A stretch of 64,000 nucleotides of DNA from an uncultured Trueperaceae bacterium (GCA_913057685.1 CAJXOA010000007.1:3123-67122); one strand, 5' to 3'. Numbered from the stretch's first letter, positions 8,368 through 18,128 are shown. Notes: a model not told the origin generated them from the sequence alone. Made by a program: numbers and translations.

Positions 8368-9629
8368 GCGGCCGGACGCCGGAACCGCGCCGCATCGTGA
8401 CGATGGACGCCGCCGTCGCCGCGGTCGCCGCCGTCGCCCCCCACCGCGGCAGCGAGGTCGTCCCCGTCGCGGAGGCCGCCGGCCGGACGCTCGCGGAGGA
8501 CGTCGTCGCCACGACCGACCTGCCGCGCAGCGACGTCTCGGCGATGGACGGCTACGCCGTCCGCGCCGCCGACACGGTCGGCGCGACGCCGGAGGCGCCG
8601 GTGCGGCTGCGGCGGGTCGGTGGGTCGTACGCCGGCGCGCCGCTCGAGCAGGCGGTCGGTCCGGGCGAGGCGGCGGCGATCGCGACCGGCGCGAGCGTGC
8701 CGGCCGGCGCCGACGCGATCGTGCTGCTCGAGGCGACGACGTTGGACGGCGACGTCGTCACCCTCACCGACCCGGGCGCGCCGAAGCACGTGCGGCGCCG
8801 CGGCGAGGACGTCGCGGCGGGCACCTCCCGCACGCCGGCCGGGACCCGCGTGGGGCCGGCCGGCGCGTCGCTGTTGGCGGCGATGGGGCACGCCGACGTC
8901 CCCGTCGTGCGGCCCCCGCGCGCCGCGGTGATCGTGACGGGCAGCGAGGTCGGGCGGACCGCCGGCGGCGCCCGCGACGGGGTGTTCGACAGCAACGGGC
9001 CGCTCCTCGCGGCGCTCCTCGCGCACCTCGGTGCGGAGGTCGTGCACCGCGACGCGGTCGCCGACGACGCCGAGGCGCTCGCCGCGGCGTTGGACCGCGC
9101 GGCGGCGTCCGGCGCCGACCTGATCGTCACGACCGGCGGCGCGTCGGTCGGACGCTTCGACCTCGTGCGCCGCGCGCTCGGGGCGGACGCCCCCGCCGGG
9201 GCGGAGGGCGCCCCCGGGTTCGACCGGGTCCTCGTCAAGCCGGGCGGGCCGGCAATGCTGGGGGCGTACGGCGCCGTGCCGTGGTTGGGGCTTCCCGGGA
9301 CGCCGGTCGCGGTGACCGTCGTGGGCGGGCTGTTGCTGGACGCCTGGGTGCACGCCGCGCTCGGTCGGCGGGGCGCCCCGGCGTGGGGGCGCCCGACGGC
9401 GGCGGTCGTCGATGCGCCGGTGCGGGGCGACGCGAAGAAGACGGCCCTCTGGACCGCCGAGGTCCACGTCGACGCGCAGGGCGTGCGCCGCGCGCGGGAG
9501 CTCGGTCGCGACGGCGCCAGCCGCCTCGCGAGCTTGCCGTCGGCGAACGGCCTTCTCCGCCTCCCCGCCGGTGCATCGCATGCAGCGGGGGACGTCGCCG
9601 AGGTCCTGCCCGCTCCGTTCGGTGCGTAG
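8364..9629 (+). CDS. moeA: molybdopterin molybdenumtransferase MoeA
   Basis: Motifs DLPRSDVSAMDGYAV, ATGASVPAGADAIV, RRRGEDV and VTTGGASVGRFD. GTG at 8364 (GTGA overlap); ATG at 8403 is an alternative. Confidence 0.85.
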   Translation: MSGRTPEPRRIVTMDAAVAAVAAVAPHRGSEVVPVAEAAGRTLAEDVVATTDLPRSDVSAMDGYAVRAADTVGATPEAPVRLRRVGGSYAGAPLEQAVGPGEAAAIATGASVPAGADAIVLLEATTLDGDVVTLTDPGAPKHVRRRGEDVAAGTSRTPAGTRVGPAGASLLAAMGHADVPVVRPPRAAVIVTGSEVGRTAGGARDGVFDSNGPLLAALLAHLGAEVVHRDAVADDAEALAAALDRAAASGADLIVTTGGASVGRFDLVRRALGADAPAGAEGAPGFDRVLVKPGGPAMLGAYGAVPWLGLPGTPVAVTVVGGLLLDAWVHAALGRRGAPAWGRPTAAVVDAPVRGDAKKTALWTAEVHVDAQGVRRARELGRDGASRLASLPSANGLLRLPAGASHAAGDVAEVLPAPFGA

Positions 9630-9694
9630 CGCGAATCCGGCGGCGTCGGGCGCCCCGCGTGGGGGTGTAGGCATGCACCGTGCGGTGCAAAACG

Positions 9695-9724
9695 TTGCAG
9701 GGGGGCGCCGTCGGTCGGTACAGT
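9695..9724 (+). promoter_or_regulatory. candidate sigma-70-like promoter TTGCAG-18nt-TACAGT upstream of the ABC binding-protein gene
   Basis: Hexamers at 9695-9700 and 9719-9724, about 95 nt upstream of the ATG at 9820. Sequence resemblance only. Confidence 0.25.
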
Positions 9725-9819
9725 GCTCGGTACGCGAGGGGCGGCCGTCCGAATCCGCGGACGCCGGGGGAGCCCCCCCATCGCCCCTCGACGCACATGT
9801 CTTTCAGGAAGGGATCTTC

Positions 9820-11346
9820 ATGAAGCGACTCGCTCGTATCGGCTTCGTGCTGCTCGCCGCCCTCACGCTCACCGCGTGGGCGTCGGCGCAGAACCTCGTC
9901 ATCGCGCAGGGGACGGACGCCGTCACCCTCGACGCGCACGACGTCACCGACTCGCCCACCGCCTCGATCGTCAGCCACATGTACGAAACCCTGTTCGAGC
10001 TGATGCCCGACGGCAGCATCGAACCGCACCTCGCGGAAAGCTACGAGGTGTCCGACGACTCGACCGTCTGGACGATCAACCTCCGCGAAGGGGTCACCTT
10101 CCACGACGGCACCCCGATGACGGCGGAGGTCGTGAAGGGCAGCATGGATCGCTTCCTCGATCCGGACAACGCCTTCACCTTCCGCTTCCTGCTCGACCGC
10201 ATCGACGAGGTCGTCGTGACCGGTCCGCTGCAGATCGAACTGCGCCTCGCGACGCCGTTCGCGCCGCTGCTCGCGCACCTGACGCACAACACGACCGCGA
10301 TCGTGCTGCCGAGCGCCGTCGAGGAGTACGGCGAAGCGTTCGGCGAGAACCCGGTCGGTACCGGCCCCTTCCAGCTCGAGAACTGGGACCGCGGTAGCCG
10401 CATCGACATGGTCACGTACGAGAACTACTGGGGCGACGTGCCCGCCATCGACGGCGTCTCGTTCCTCGCGGTGCCGGAGAACACGACCCGCATGGCGCTC
10501 GTCGAGTCCGGGGAGGCGCACGTCGCCGTGCGCGTGCCGCCGCAGGACATCGCCCGCCTGAACGCGGCGCCCGACATCACCGTCGAGAACGTCTCGAGCC
10601 TCCGTACGATCTACATGTACTTCAACCACACCCTCGAGCCGTTCGACGACGTCCGCGTCCGCCAGGCGTTCAACTACGCCGTCGACAAGCAGGAGATCGC
10701 CGAGTTCGTGCTCGGTGGCGCCGTCCGCCCGAGCGACGCGGCCATCGCCCCCGGCATCTTCGGCTACACCGACGTCGGCGAGTACGAGTACGACCCCGAG
10801 CGCGCCCGCGAACTCCTCGCGGAAGCCGGCTTCGAGGACGGCCTCAGCACGACCCTGTACAGCCCCTCGGGTCGCTACCTGCAGGACATCCAGATCACCG
10901 AAGCCATCCAGAGCCAGCTGGCCGAGGTCGGCATCGACGCCACCATCGAGACGCTCGAGTGGAGCGCCTACCTCGACAAGACCCGCGAGCCGGCCGGCGA
11001 GAACGACGTGCCCGTCGCGCTGCTCGGGTGGGGCACCGTCACCGGTGACGCCGACTACGGCCTGTACGCGCTGTTCCACACCAGCCAGCACGTGCCGGAC
11101 GGCAGCAACCGCGCCTTCTACAGCAACCCGGTCGTCGACGACCTCCTCGACGAGGCGCGCGTGACGCCGGACCCCAGCGTCCGCGAGTCGCTGTACGCCG
11201 ACGCGCTGCAGATCGTCCGCGACGACGCGCCGTGGCTGTTCCTGCACAGCGAAACGCAGCTCGTCGCCGTCAACGACGCCGTCGAGGGCCTGGTCATCCA
11301 CCCGACCGAACGCGTCCTCGCCTGGAACGTCACCGTCTCCGAGTAA
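9820..11346 (+). CDS. ABC transporter substrate-binding protein, family 5 (peptide/nickel/opine type)
   Basis: Signal peptide MKRLARIGFVLLAALTLTAWASA. Motifs LVIAQGTDAVTLDAH, WTINLREGVTFHDG, GTGPFQLENW and NYWGD. Confidence 0.9.
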   Translation: MKRLARIGFVLLAALTLTAWASAQNLVIAQGTDAVTLDAHDVTDSPTASIVSHMYETLFELMPDGSIEPHLAESYEVSDDSTVWTINLREGVTFHDGTPMTAEVVKGSMDRFLDPDNAFTFRFLLDRIDEVVVTGPLQIELRLATPFAPLLAHLTHNTTAIVLPSAVEEYGEAFGENPVGTGPFQLENWDRGSRIDMVTYENYWGDVPAIDGVSFLAVPENTTRMALVESGEAHVAVRVPPQDIARLNAAPDITVENVSSLRTIYMYFNHTLEPFDDVRVRQAFNYAVDKQEIAEFVLGGAVRPSDAAIAPGIFGYTDVGEYEYDPERARELLAEAGFEDGLSTTLYSPSGRYLQDIQITEAIQSQLAEVGIDATIETLEWSAYLDKTREPAGENDVPVALLGWGTVTGDADYGLYALFHTSQHVPDGSNRAFYSNPVVDDLLDEARVTPDPSVRESLYADALQIVRDDAPWLFLHSETQLVAVNDAVEGLVIHPTERVLAWNVTVSE

Positions 11347-11354
11347 CGCCCTTC

Positions 11355-11386
11355 GCCGTGAAGCCCCGGATCCGGGGCTTCACGGC
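11355..11386 (+). terminator. perfect 32-nt palindrome (GCCGTGAAGCCCCGGA|TCCGGGGCTTCACGGC) between the binding-protein and permease genes; intercistronic stem-loop or partial terminator
   Basis: The arms are exact reverse complements (checked base by base). It is followed by CTATCTTTC, only a weak T-tract. Confidence 0.45.
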
Positions 11387-11437
11387 CCTATCTTTCGCCC
11401 GTATCTTCTTGCGACCTCGTTCGCCGTAGGGACTCGC

Positions 11438-12358
11438 GTGTTCCAGTACACCCTCCGCCGGATCCTCATCGCCCTCCCCGCCATCTTCGGGGTGATCGTC
11501 GTGGTGTTCGCCATGGTGCGCCTCGCGCCGGGCGATCCCGCCGTCATGCTGGCCGGCGAGTTCGCCGACCAGGCCACGATCGAACGCATCCGCGAACGCT
11601 TCGGGCTCGACCGCTCGATGCCGGAACAGTTCCTCACCTTCGTCTCGAACCTCGCGCAGGGCGACCTCGGCCGCTCGACGCGCACGAACCGTCTCGTGAC
11701 CGAGGACCTGGCGCAGTTCTTCCCGAACACCCTCGAGTTGGCGCTCGGCGCGATCCTGGTGGCGCTCGCCATCGGCATCCCCGCCGGAATGCTCTCCGCC
11801 ATCAAGCGCAACACCTGGGTCGACGCCGCCGTGACGTTCGTTGCGTTGCTCGGCGTGTCGATGCCGGTCTTCTGGTTCGGCCTGCTCGCCATCCTGTTCT
11901 TCAGCGTGGAGTTGGGGTGGTTCCCCGTCGCGGGACGGGGGTCGTTCGCGCATCTCGTGCTCCCCGCCATCACCCTCGGGGTGTCGAGCACCGCGATCAT
12001 CGCCCGCATGACGCGATCGTCGATGCTGGAGGTGCTCGACCAGGACTACGTCCGCACCGCCCGCGCGAAGGGCGTGCAGGCGCGCAGCCTCATCGCCAAG
12101 CACGCGCTGCGCAACGCCCTCGTGCCGGTCGTGACGATCGGCGGCCTCGAGTTCGGGCGGCTGTTGGCCGGCGCGGTCCTCACCGAAACCGTGTTCACGT
12201 GGCCCGGCGTCGGGCGGCTCCTGGTCGACTCGATCCTGGCGCGCGACTACCCGGTCGTGCAGGGCGCGGTGCTCGTCATCGCCATCTCCTTCATTCTCGT
12301 CAACCTGCTGGTCGACCTCGTCTACGGCGTGATCGACCCGAGGATCCGTTATGACTGA
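11438..12358 (+). CDS. ABC transporter permease (DppB/OppB-like)
   Basis: 306 aa, multi-TM. Motifs YVRTARAKG and LRNALVPVVT form the BPD-transporter EAA loop. Confidence 0.9.
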   Translation: MFQYTLRRILIALPAIFGVIVVVFAMVRLAPGDPAVMLAGEFADQATIERIRERFGLDRSMPEQFLTFVSNLAQGDLGRSTRTNRLVTEDLAQFFPNTLELALGAILVALAIGIPAGMLSAIKRNTWVDAAVTFVALLGVSMPVFWFGLLAILFFSVELGWFPVAGRGSFAHLVLPAITLGVSSTAIIARMTRSSMLEVLDQDYVRTARAKGVQARSLIAKHALRNALVPVVTIGGLEFGRLLAGAVLTETVFTWPGVGRLLVDSILARDYPVVQGAVLVIAISFILVNLLVDLVYGVIDPRIRYD

Positions 12359-13436
12359 CGCGACGACCGACGCGACGGCCGGCGCGGCGAACGCCGCGCC
12401 CGCCGGCAAGCCCCCCGCCCGCTGGCGGAAGCGCCTGCGCCGCAACCCGCTCGCGGCGCTCGGGTTCGGGATCATCGGCTTCTTCCTGATCAACGTCGCC
12501 TTCGCGCCGTTCCTCGCGCCGTACGACCCCGCCGCCCAGGAGCTCCGCACGACCTACCTGCCGCCCGGGACCGGCGTGTCGCTCGGGGGGCCCGACGGCG
12601 AGTTCGGCCTGTGGGTCTCGCCCGCCACGCGCAGCCCGATCGGGGGGGTGTCGGTCGACGAGGGGGAGGCGTACCCGGTGCAGTGGTTCGTGCGCGGCGA
12701 ACGCTACGAATGGCTGGGGGGCACGATCACGTCCGACCTCAAGCTGTTCGGGGTGGACGGTCCCGTCCGCTTCCACCTGCTCGGCACCGACGAACAGGGC
12801 CGCGACGTCCTCTCCCGCCTCATCCACGGCGCCTGGATCTCGCTGTTCATCGGCCTCATCAGCGTCTCGATCGGGGTGGGGGTCGGCGTACCGCTGGGCG
12901 CGATCTCCGGCTTCTTGGGCGGCGCCTTCGACATCATCGTCCAACGCGTCGTCGACGTCATGCTCGCCTTTCCCGGCATCCTCCTCGCGATCGTCCTCGT
13001 CGCGACGTTCGGGACCGGCCTCGCCAACGTCATGATCGCCGTCGGGATCGCCTCGATCCCCGTCTACGCCCGCCTCGTGCGCGGCAGCGTGCTGTCGGTC
13101 AAGAGCCGCGAGTACGTCGAGGCCGCCCGCGCGATGGGCAAGGGCGCCATGCCGACGTTGTTCCGCCACGTCGTCCCCAACGCCCTCGCGCCGATCATCG
13201 TGCAGTCCAGCCTGCAGATGGCGATCGCCATCCTCTTCGCCGCCGGCCTCGGGTTCCTGGGGCTCGGGGCGCGCCCCCCGCAACCGGAGTGGGGCCTGAT
13301 GTTGGCCCGCGGCCGCGAGTACCTCGCCGTCGCCCCGCACGTCGCGACGTTCCCCGGTCTCGCCATCGTCCTGGTCGTGCTCGGCTTCAACCTCGTCGGC
13401 GACGCCCTGCGCGACGCCCTCGACCCGCGCGGCTGA
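12351..13436 (+). CDS. ABC transporter permease (DppC/OppC-like) with an extended periplasmic N-terminal region
   Basis: 361 aa. Motifs LGTDEQGRDVLSRLIHG, EYVEAARAMG and RHVVPNALAP. There is an 8-nt overlap with the previous permease gene. Confidence 0.9.
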   Translation: MTDATTDATAGAANAAPAGKPPARWRKRLRRNPLAALGFGIIGFFLINVAFAPFLAPYDPAAQELRTTYLPPGTGVSLGGPDGEFGLWVSPATRSPIGGVSVDEGEAYPVQWFVRGERYEWLGGTITSDLKLFGVDGPVRFHLLGTDEQGRDVLSRLIHGAWISLFIGLISVSIGVGVGVPLGAISGFLGGAFDIIVQRVVDVMLAFPGILLAIVLVATFGTGLANVMIAVGIASIPVYARLVRGSVLSVKSREYVEAARAMGKGAMPTLFRHVVPNALAPIIVQSSLQMAIAILFAAGLGFLGLGARPPQPEWGLMLARGREYLAVAPHVATFPGLAIVLVVLGFNLVGDALRDALDPRG

Positions 13437-13442
13437 ACGTCC

Positions 13443-14105
13443 TCAGGCGTCGCCCGCCGCCTCCGCCGCGCCCTCGGGCGCGGCGGGGCCGTCCCCGAAC
13501 CGCAGCAGGTCGACGAGGCTCTTGGCGCCCAACTTCCGCATCAGCCGCGCCTTGTAGGTGCTGACGGTGCTCGCGGCGAGATCGAGTTCGTAGGCGATCT
13601 CCTCGAGCGTCAACCCGAGCTGCAGCAGGCGCATGACGTTGCGCTCGCGGTCGGAGAGCGCCTCCAGGCCGCGGGTCGGGACGTCGCTCGCCTCGTCGCG
13701 CAACAGCCACGCCGTCGCGGTGTCGCTCAGGTAGCGCCCGCCGTACGCCACCGTCCGCAACGCCCGCACCAACTCGTCGTCGCCGACGTCCTTCGTCAGG
13801 TACCCCGAGGCGCCCTCGCGGACCGCCTGCACCGCGTAGCGGCGTTCGGGATGCATCGACAACAGCAGGACCGGTGGGGGCGACCGCCACGTGCGGACGC
13901 GAGCGAGGACCTCGAGGCCGTCGACGTGCTGCATCGTGACGTCGAGCAGGAGCACGTCGATGCGCCCGAGCTTCCGCGCGTCGCGCAGGAAGTCGCGCCC
14001 GTCGGCGTACGCCGCGAGCACGCGCACGTCGCGGGTCGCCTCCAGGACGGTCGTCAACCCCCGACGCACCAACGAATGGTCGTCCACCACCACCACCTGA
14101 ATCAC
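13443..14105 (-). CDS. LuxR/NarL-family response regulator
   Basis: Receiver domain (VVVVDDH, LLLDVTM, GASGYLTKD) plus a LuxR helix-turn-helix (LSDRERNVMRLLQLGLTLEEIAYELDLAASTVSTYKARLMRKLG). Confidence 0.9.
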   Translation of the reverse strand: MIQVVVVDDHSLVRRGLTTVLEATRDVRVLAAYADGRDFLRDARKLGRIDVLLLDVTMQHVDGLEVLARVRTWRSPPPVLLLSMHPERRYAVQAVREGASGYLTKDVGDDELVRALRTVAYGGRYLSDTATAWLLRDEASDVPTRGLEALSDRERNVMRLLQLGLTLEEIAYELDLAASTVSTYKARLMRKLGAKSLVDLLRFGDGPAAPEGAAEAAGDA

Positions 14106-14129
14106 GGTGTCGCCTCCCTCGCACGAACG

Positions 14130-15545
14130 TTATGCCCGCCCCGGCGCGGGGGGGCGTAGCGACTTCGCCACACGCCCGGCGCGGTAGCGCGGCAGCGCGA
14201 ACGTCGCGCGCGTCCCACCCCCCGCCGCCGGCCCGAGCGTCAGGCGGCTGTCCATGCGGTCCAGGAAGGTCCGCACCACCAGCAGTCCCAGGCCGGTCCC
14301 CGCCTCGCCGGCGGTGCCGTGCGAGGGGGTCGCGACCGGCGTGCGGGCGTCCGCCTCCACGATCGCGCGCACGCCCTCGGGCGGTCCGTCGCCGTCGTCG
14401 TCGACGTGCAGCACCACGCGGTGCGCCTCGACCTCCGCGCTGAGGCGGGCGCGCCCCCCGGGCGGCGCGAACTTCACGGCGTTCCCGAGCAGGTTCTGCA
14501 GGACCGACTGCAGCATCGCGGGCTGCGCCATCATCAGCACGTCCCCGGGGAGGTCCACCTCGAGGCGGACGTCCTTCGCCGCCGCGCGCAGCCGCAACCG
14601 CTGGCGGGCCTCGCGCACCTCGTCGTGCAGCGAGACCGGTTCGAGCGCCCCACCGGGCGCGCCGGCGGGCGCACCGGCGGGCCCCTCGGGCGCCCCGACC
14701 GCCATGAGGTTGTCGATCACCTGGAACGCCCGGTCGTTGGCGACCTCCAGCTGGTCGGGGAGGGCGGCGACGTCGGGGCCCAGGCGGCCCGCGTCGCGCT
14801 CCGCTTCGAGCAACCGAACGGCGCGACGCACGTCGACGAGCGGGTCCTTGAGGTCGTGCCCGAGCGCCTGGAAGAGGGTGTCCTTGAACGCCGACCAGTG
14901 CAGCAGCTCGCGGCTCTTCAGGAACGCTCGGATGCGGAAGCGGTCGTACGTCAGGTAGCCGACCGTCACCAGGCCGACCGTCAGCGGGAGGTTGAGGCGC
15001 ACGCTCACCTGGTGCGCCGGGTCGGTCCCCCACGCCTCCGACGCAGCCAGGATCGCCGCACCCCCGAGCAGGTACGTCCACACCAGGTGGCGTGGGCGTT
15101 CGTACGCCAGCACGACGATGATCGCGCCCGCCATCGCGAAGATCACGTACGACCCGGTATCGCGTTGGTTGATGACGGCGAGGGCCGCGCCGACCCACAC
15201 GAAGTTCACGACCGAGGCGAGCACGACGCCGCGGTGGATGGCGGCGGTCACCGGCCAACGCCGGTGCGCGAGCAGGTACGCGAGCGCGGCGAGGCTGGTG
15301 AGGACGATCCACCCGTGGACCGCCATCACGGCGTACACGACCCCCGCGGGGCGCGCCTCGAGGGCGAGGATGCGCAGGTCGGCCCAGAAGTAGATGGGGG
15401 CCAACGCCAGGTTCACGCCGGCGACCACCCCGAGGATCGTGCGGCGGAGCGGCAGGTTCGCCTCGCGGAACGCATCGGCGTCGGCGCGGGTGTACGGGGC
15501 GCTCCTCACCCGCGCAGCGTAGCCCGCCCGTCCGGTTCGCGCCAT
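14130..15545 (-). CDS. membrane-bound sensor histidine kinase
   Basis: The N-terminal half has about 6 hydrophobic segments. H-box FQALGHDLKDPL; N/G boxes LLGNAVKFAP and VDDDGDG..GTGLGLLVV. Confidence 0.85.
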   Translation of the reverse strand: MARTGRAGYAARVRSAPYTRADADAFREANLPLRRTILGVVAGVNLALAPIYFWADLRILALEARPAGVVYAVMAVHGWIVLTSLAALAYLLAHRRWPVTAAIHRGVVLASVVNFVWVGAALAVINQRDTGSYVIFAMAGAIIVVLAYERPRHLVWTYLLGGAAILAASEAWGTDPAHQVSVRLNLPLTVGLVTVGYLTYDRFRIRAFLKSRELLHWSAFKDTLFQALGHDLKDPLVDVRRAVRLLEAERDAGRLGPDVAALPDQLEVANDRAFQVIDNLMAVGAPEGPAGAPAGAPGGALEPVSLHDEVREARQRLRLRAAAKDVRLEVDLPGDVLMMAQPAMLQSVLQNLLGNAVKFAPPGGRARLSAEVEAHRVVLHVDDDGDGPPEGVRAIVEADARTPVATPSHGTAGEAGTGLGLLVVRTFLDRMDSRLTLGPAAGGGTRATFALPRYRAGRVAKSLRPPAPGRA

Positions 15546-15605
15546 CCCGGCCGCGCGCCCTCCAGCGTGCGCCCTCGACCGCCGGCGCCCGCCGGCGCGC
15601 GCGAC

Positions 15606-16067
15606 CTACCGCTCCGCGGCGTCGGCGCCCACGACCATCACCGGGCAGGTGGCGAACTCCAGCACCCGCTCCGCGACCGAGCCCAACCGCACCTGCCGGC
15701 GCGGCCGGCGACCGACGTGCCCCATGACGATCAGGTCGGCGTGCATCTCCTGGGCGTGCGCGACGATCTCCTCGAACGGGTCGCCCCGCCGCACCCGCGT
15801 GGCGACCTCCACCCCCATGCGTTCCGCCTCCTCGCGCAACACCTGCAGGGTGCGTTCCCCCTGCTCGCGCAGCTCCTCGCGGATCTCCTCGAGCTCGCGG
15901 TGGTCGAACCGCCGCATCTCCTCGCACAGGAAGGCATCGACGACGTACACCAGGTCGACCTGCGCGCCGCAGTTGCGGGCCATGCGGAACCCCATGCGCG
16001 CCGCGGCGACCGACGCGTCGGACCCGTCGGCGGCGACCAGCACGTGGTGGAACAGCGCTTCATGCAT
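15606..16067 (-). CDS. universal stress protein (UspA family)
   Basis: Motifs HVLVAADGSDAS, ADLIVMGHVGRR, GSVAERVL and CPVMVV. The ATG is preceded by GGAGG, and the gene overlaps the V-ATPase subunit D stop by 8 nt. Confidence 0.85.
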   Translation of the reverse strand: MHEALFHHVLVAADGSDASVAAARMGFRMARNCGAQVDLVYVVDAFLCEEMRRFDHRELEEIREELREQGERTLQVLREEAERMGVEVATRVRRGDPFEEIVAHAQEMHADLIVMGHVGRRPRRQVRLGSVAERVLEFATCPVMVVGADAAER

Positions 16068-16707
16068 CGTCGTCCTCCGTTCGCGCCGCCTCGAGGCGCG
16101 CCTTGACCCGTTTGCTGCGCACGAACGCTTCGCGTTCGGCCTCCTCCAGCGTCGCCTCGATCGCCGCGATCTGCGCCTCGAGCTGGGGCAGCACGACCTC
16201 CTCCAGCGACCGCACCCGCCGCTGCGTCCGGGCGAGCTCCGCCGCCACCCGCCAGACCGCGCCGTACGTCTCCGACCAGGTCCCGAGCGCCTCGACGACG
16301 TCGAGCCAACGGCGGCGCGCGACGTCGAGCGTGGCGGGCGACGCGCCCGCCGCCGTCGGGAGGGGGTCGCGCTCGACGTGCAGGTCGACCTGCGGCAGGT
16401 CGACCCCCATCAACGACCGCACCCCGACGTCCGCGACGCAGTGCGCCGACGGCGCCCACGACGCGACCCACGCGACGTCGCGTCCCGCCTCCACGCGGGC
16501 GGTGCGGGCGGCGGCGTGCGCCGCTTCGAACGTCGCGCGGAGCTCCGTCTCGCGGTGCGAGGCCGCCCGCATGAGGTCCCACACCTCGCGCAGCAGGACC
16601 TCGCGCTTGCGTTCCAGGAGGGCGTGCCCGTCCCGCGTCTCGTCGCGGGTGCGGCGCACCTCCAGCCAGGCGGCGCGCGTCCGTGCGGCCTGCATCGCGG
16701 CGCTCAC
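16060..16707 (-). CDS. atpD: V-type ATP synthase subunit D
   Basis: Coiled-coil central-stalk pattern ([13 protein letters not shown]..., [18 protein letters not shown]). GTGA overlap with the subunit B stop; ATG at 16695 is an alternative. Confidence 0.85.
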   Translation of the reverse strand: MSAAMQAARTRAAWLEVRRTRDETRDGHALLERKREVLLREVWDLMRAASHRETELRATFEAAHAAARTARVEAGRDVAWVASWAPSAHCVADVGVRSLMGVDLPQVDLHVERDPLPTAAGASPATLDVARRRWLDVVEALGTWSETYGAVWRVAAELARTQRRVRSLEEVVLPQLEAQIAAIEATLEEAEREAFVRSKRVKARLEAARTEDDDA

Positions 16708-18128
16708 GTCGCGTCCCCCGCACCGCCGTGCCCGGCCCCGCCGCCGTGCCCGGCCCCGGCGCCGTGCCCGCCCCCGTAGTGGGCGGCCAACGTCGCCTCG
16801 CTCACGCGCCCGAGCTCCGAAGCGGGGAGGTGCGACAACGCCGCCCACGCCAGGTCGAGGGTGGTGTCGAGGTCGCGTGCCTCCTCCGGGTCCTGCGCCA
16901 GCAGGCCGCTCTCGAACGCCTCTCCGAACGCCAGGTACGTCCGGTCGGTCGCCGACAGGGCGTTCTCGCCGAGGATCGTCGCGAGGCTGCGGACGTCGCG
17001 CAGGCGCGCGTACGCCGCGAACGTCTGCGCGGCGACCTCGGCGTGGTCGGCGCGCGTCGCCCCCTCGCCGATGCCGTCCTTCATGAGCCGCGACAGCGAC
17101 GCGGGCACGTCGACCGGCGGGTAGATCCCCGCCCGGTGCAACGCCCGCGAGAGGACGATCTGTCCCTCGGTCACGTACCCCGTCAGGTCGGGGATCGGGT
17201 GGGTGACGTCGTCCCCCGGCATCGTCAGGATCGGGATCTGCGTGAGCGACCCCGGTCGCCCGCGAATCCGACCGCACCGCTCGTACAGGCTGGCGAGGTC
17301 GGTGTAGAGGTAGCCGGGGTAGCCCTTGCGGCCGGGCACCTCGTTCTTGCGGGCCGACAACTCCCGCAACGCCTCGGCGTAGTTCGTCATGTCGGTCAGG
17401 ATCACCAGGACGTGCCGGCCCGCCTCGAACGCCAGGTGTTCGGCGAGCGTCAACGCCGCGCGCGGCGTCACGATGCGCTCCATGGGCGGGTCGTCGGCGA
17501 GGTTCAAGAACAACGCCGTGCGGCCCGCGAGGCCGGACCCCTCGAACCGCTCGCGGAACCCCGCCGCGACGTCGTGCGCGATGCCGAGCGCCGCGAACAC
17601 GACCGCGACGTCCTCGTCCTCCCCGCCGCCGGCCTGCAGCGCGATCTGGGTGGCGAGGGCGTCGTGCGGCAGGCCCGCCGCACTGAAGATCGGCAACTTC
17701 TGGCCCCGCACCAACGTGTTCATCGCGTCGATCGCGCTGACGCCGGTCCGGATCACGTCGGACGGGTACGCCCGCGCGGCGGGATCGAGGGCGGCGCCGT
17801 GCACGTCCGCCGTCACCGCCGCAGGCGGCGCGGGCAGGCCGTCCCGCGGGCGCCCCAGGCCGTCGAACACCCGCCCGAGCGACGCGGGCCCGACCCCGAG
17901 GCGCAGCGTCTCGCCGCGGAAGCGGACCGCCACGTCCTCGGTCCGCAATCCGGTCGTGTCGCCCCACACCTCGATGATCGCGGCGTCGGTCCCGGTCGAC
18001 AGCACCTCGCCCAGGTGCGTTCCGGTGGGGGCGGTCACCTCGACCACCTCGCCGTACGCCGCGCCGGCGAACCCCTCGACGACCAACAGGGGACCGTCGA
18101 TGCGGTCGACGCCCACGACGTCGATCAC
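16704..18128 (-). CDS. atpB: V-type ATP synthase subunit B, with a Gly/His-rich C-terminal tail
   Basis: Motifs [50 protein letters not shown] and [30 protein letters not shown] start overlaps the subunit A stop. Confidence 0.9.
   Translation of the reverse strand: MIDVVGVDRIDGPLLVVEGFAGAAYGEVVEVTAPTGTHLGEVLSTGTDAAIIEVWGDTTGLRTEDVAVRFRGETLRLGVGPASLGRVFDGLGRPRDGLPAPPAAVTADVHGAALDPAARAYPSDVIRTGVSAIDAMNTLVRGQKLPIFSAAGLPHDALATQIALQAGGGEDEDVAVVFAALGIAHDVAAGFRERFEGSGLAGRTALFLNLADDPPMERIVTPRAALTLAEHLAFEAGRHVLVILTDMTNYAEALRELSARKNEVPGRKGYPGYLYTDLASLYERCGRIRGRPGSLTQIPILTMPGDDVTHPIPDLTGYVTEGQIVLSRALHRAGIYPPVDVPASLSRLMKDGIGEGATRADHAEVAAQTFAAYARLRDVRSLATILGENALSATDRTYLAFGEAFESGLLAQDPEEARDLDTTLDLAWAALSHLPASELGRVSEATLAAHYGGGHGAGAGHGGGAGHGGAGDAT
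16723..16776. repeat. three tandem 18-nt units (CCGCCGTGCCCGGCCCCG x2, plus 1 variant) inside the atpB 3' end
   Basis: Read directly from the sequence. In frame on the minus strand they encode the G-A-G-H-G-G-type hexapeptide repeats of the tail [25 protein letters not shown]. Confidence 0.8.

Noticed and set aside
15546-15605. Possible terminator between usp and the histidine kinase gene (GCCGGCGCCCGCCGGC).
   Set aside because: The stem would leave only a 2-nt loop, and there is no U-tract. This is too weak to call.
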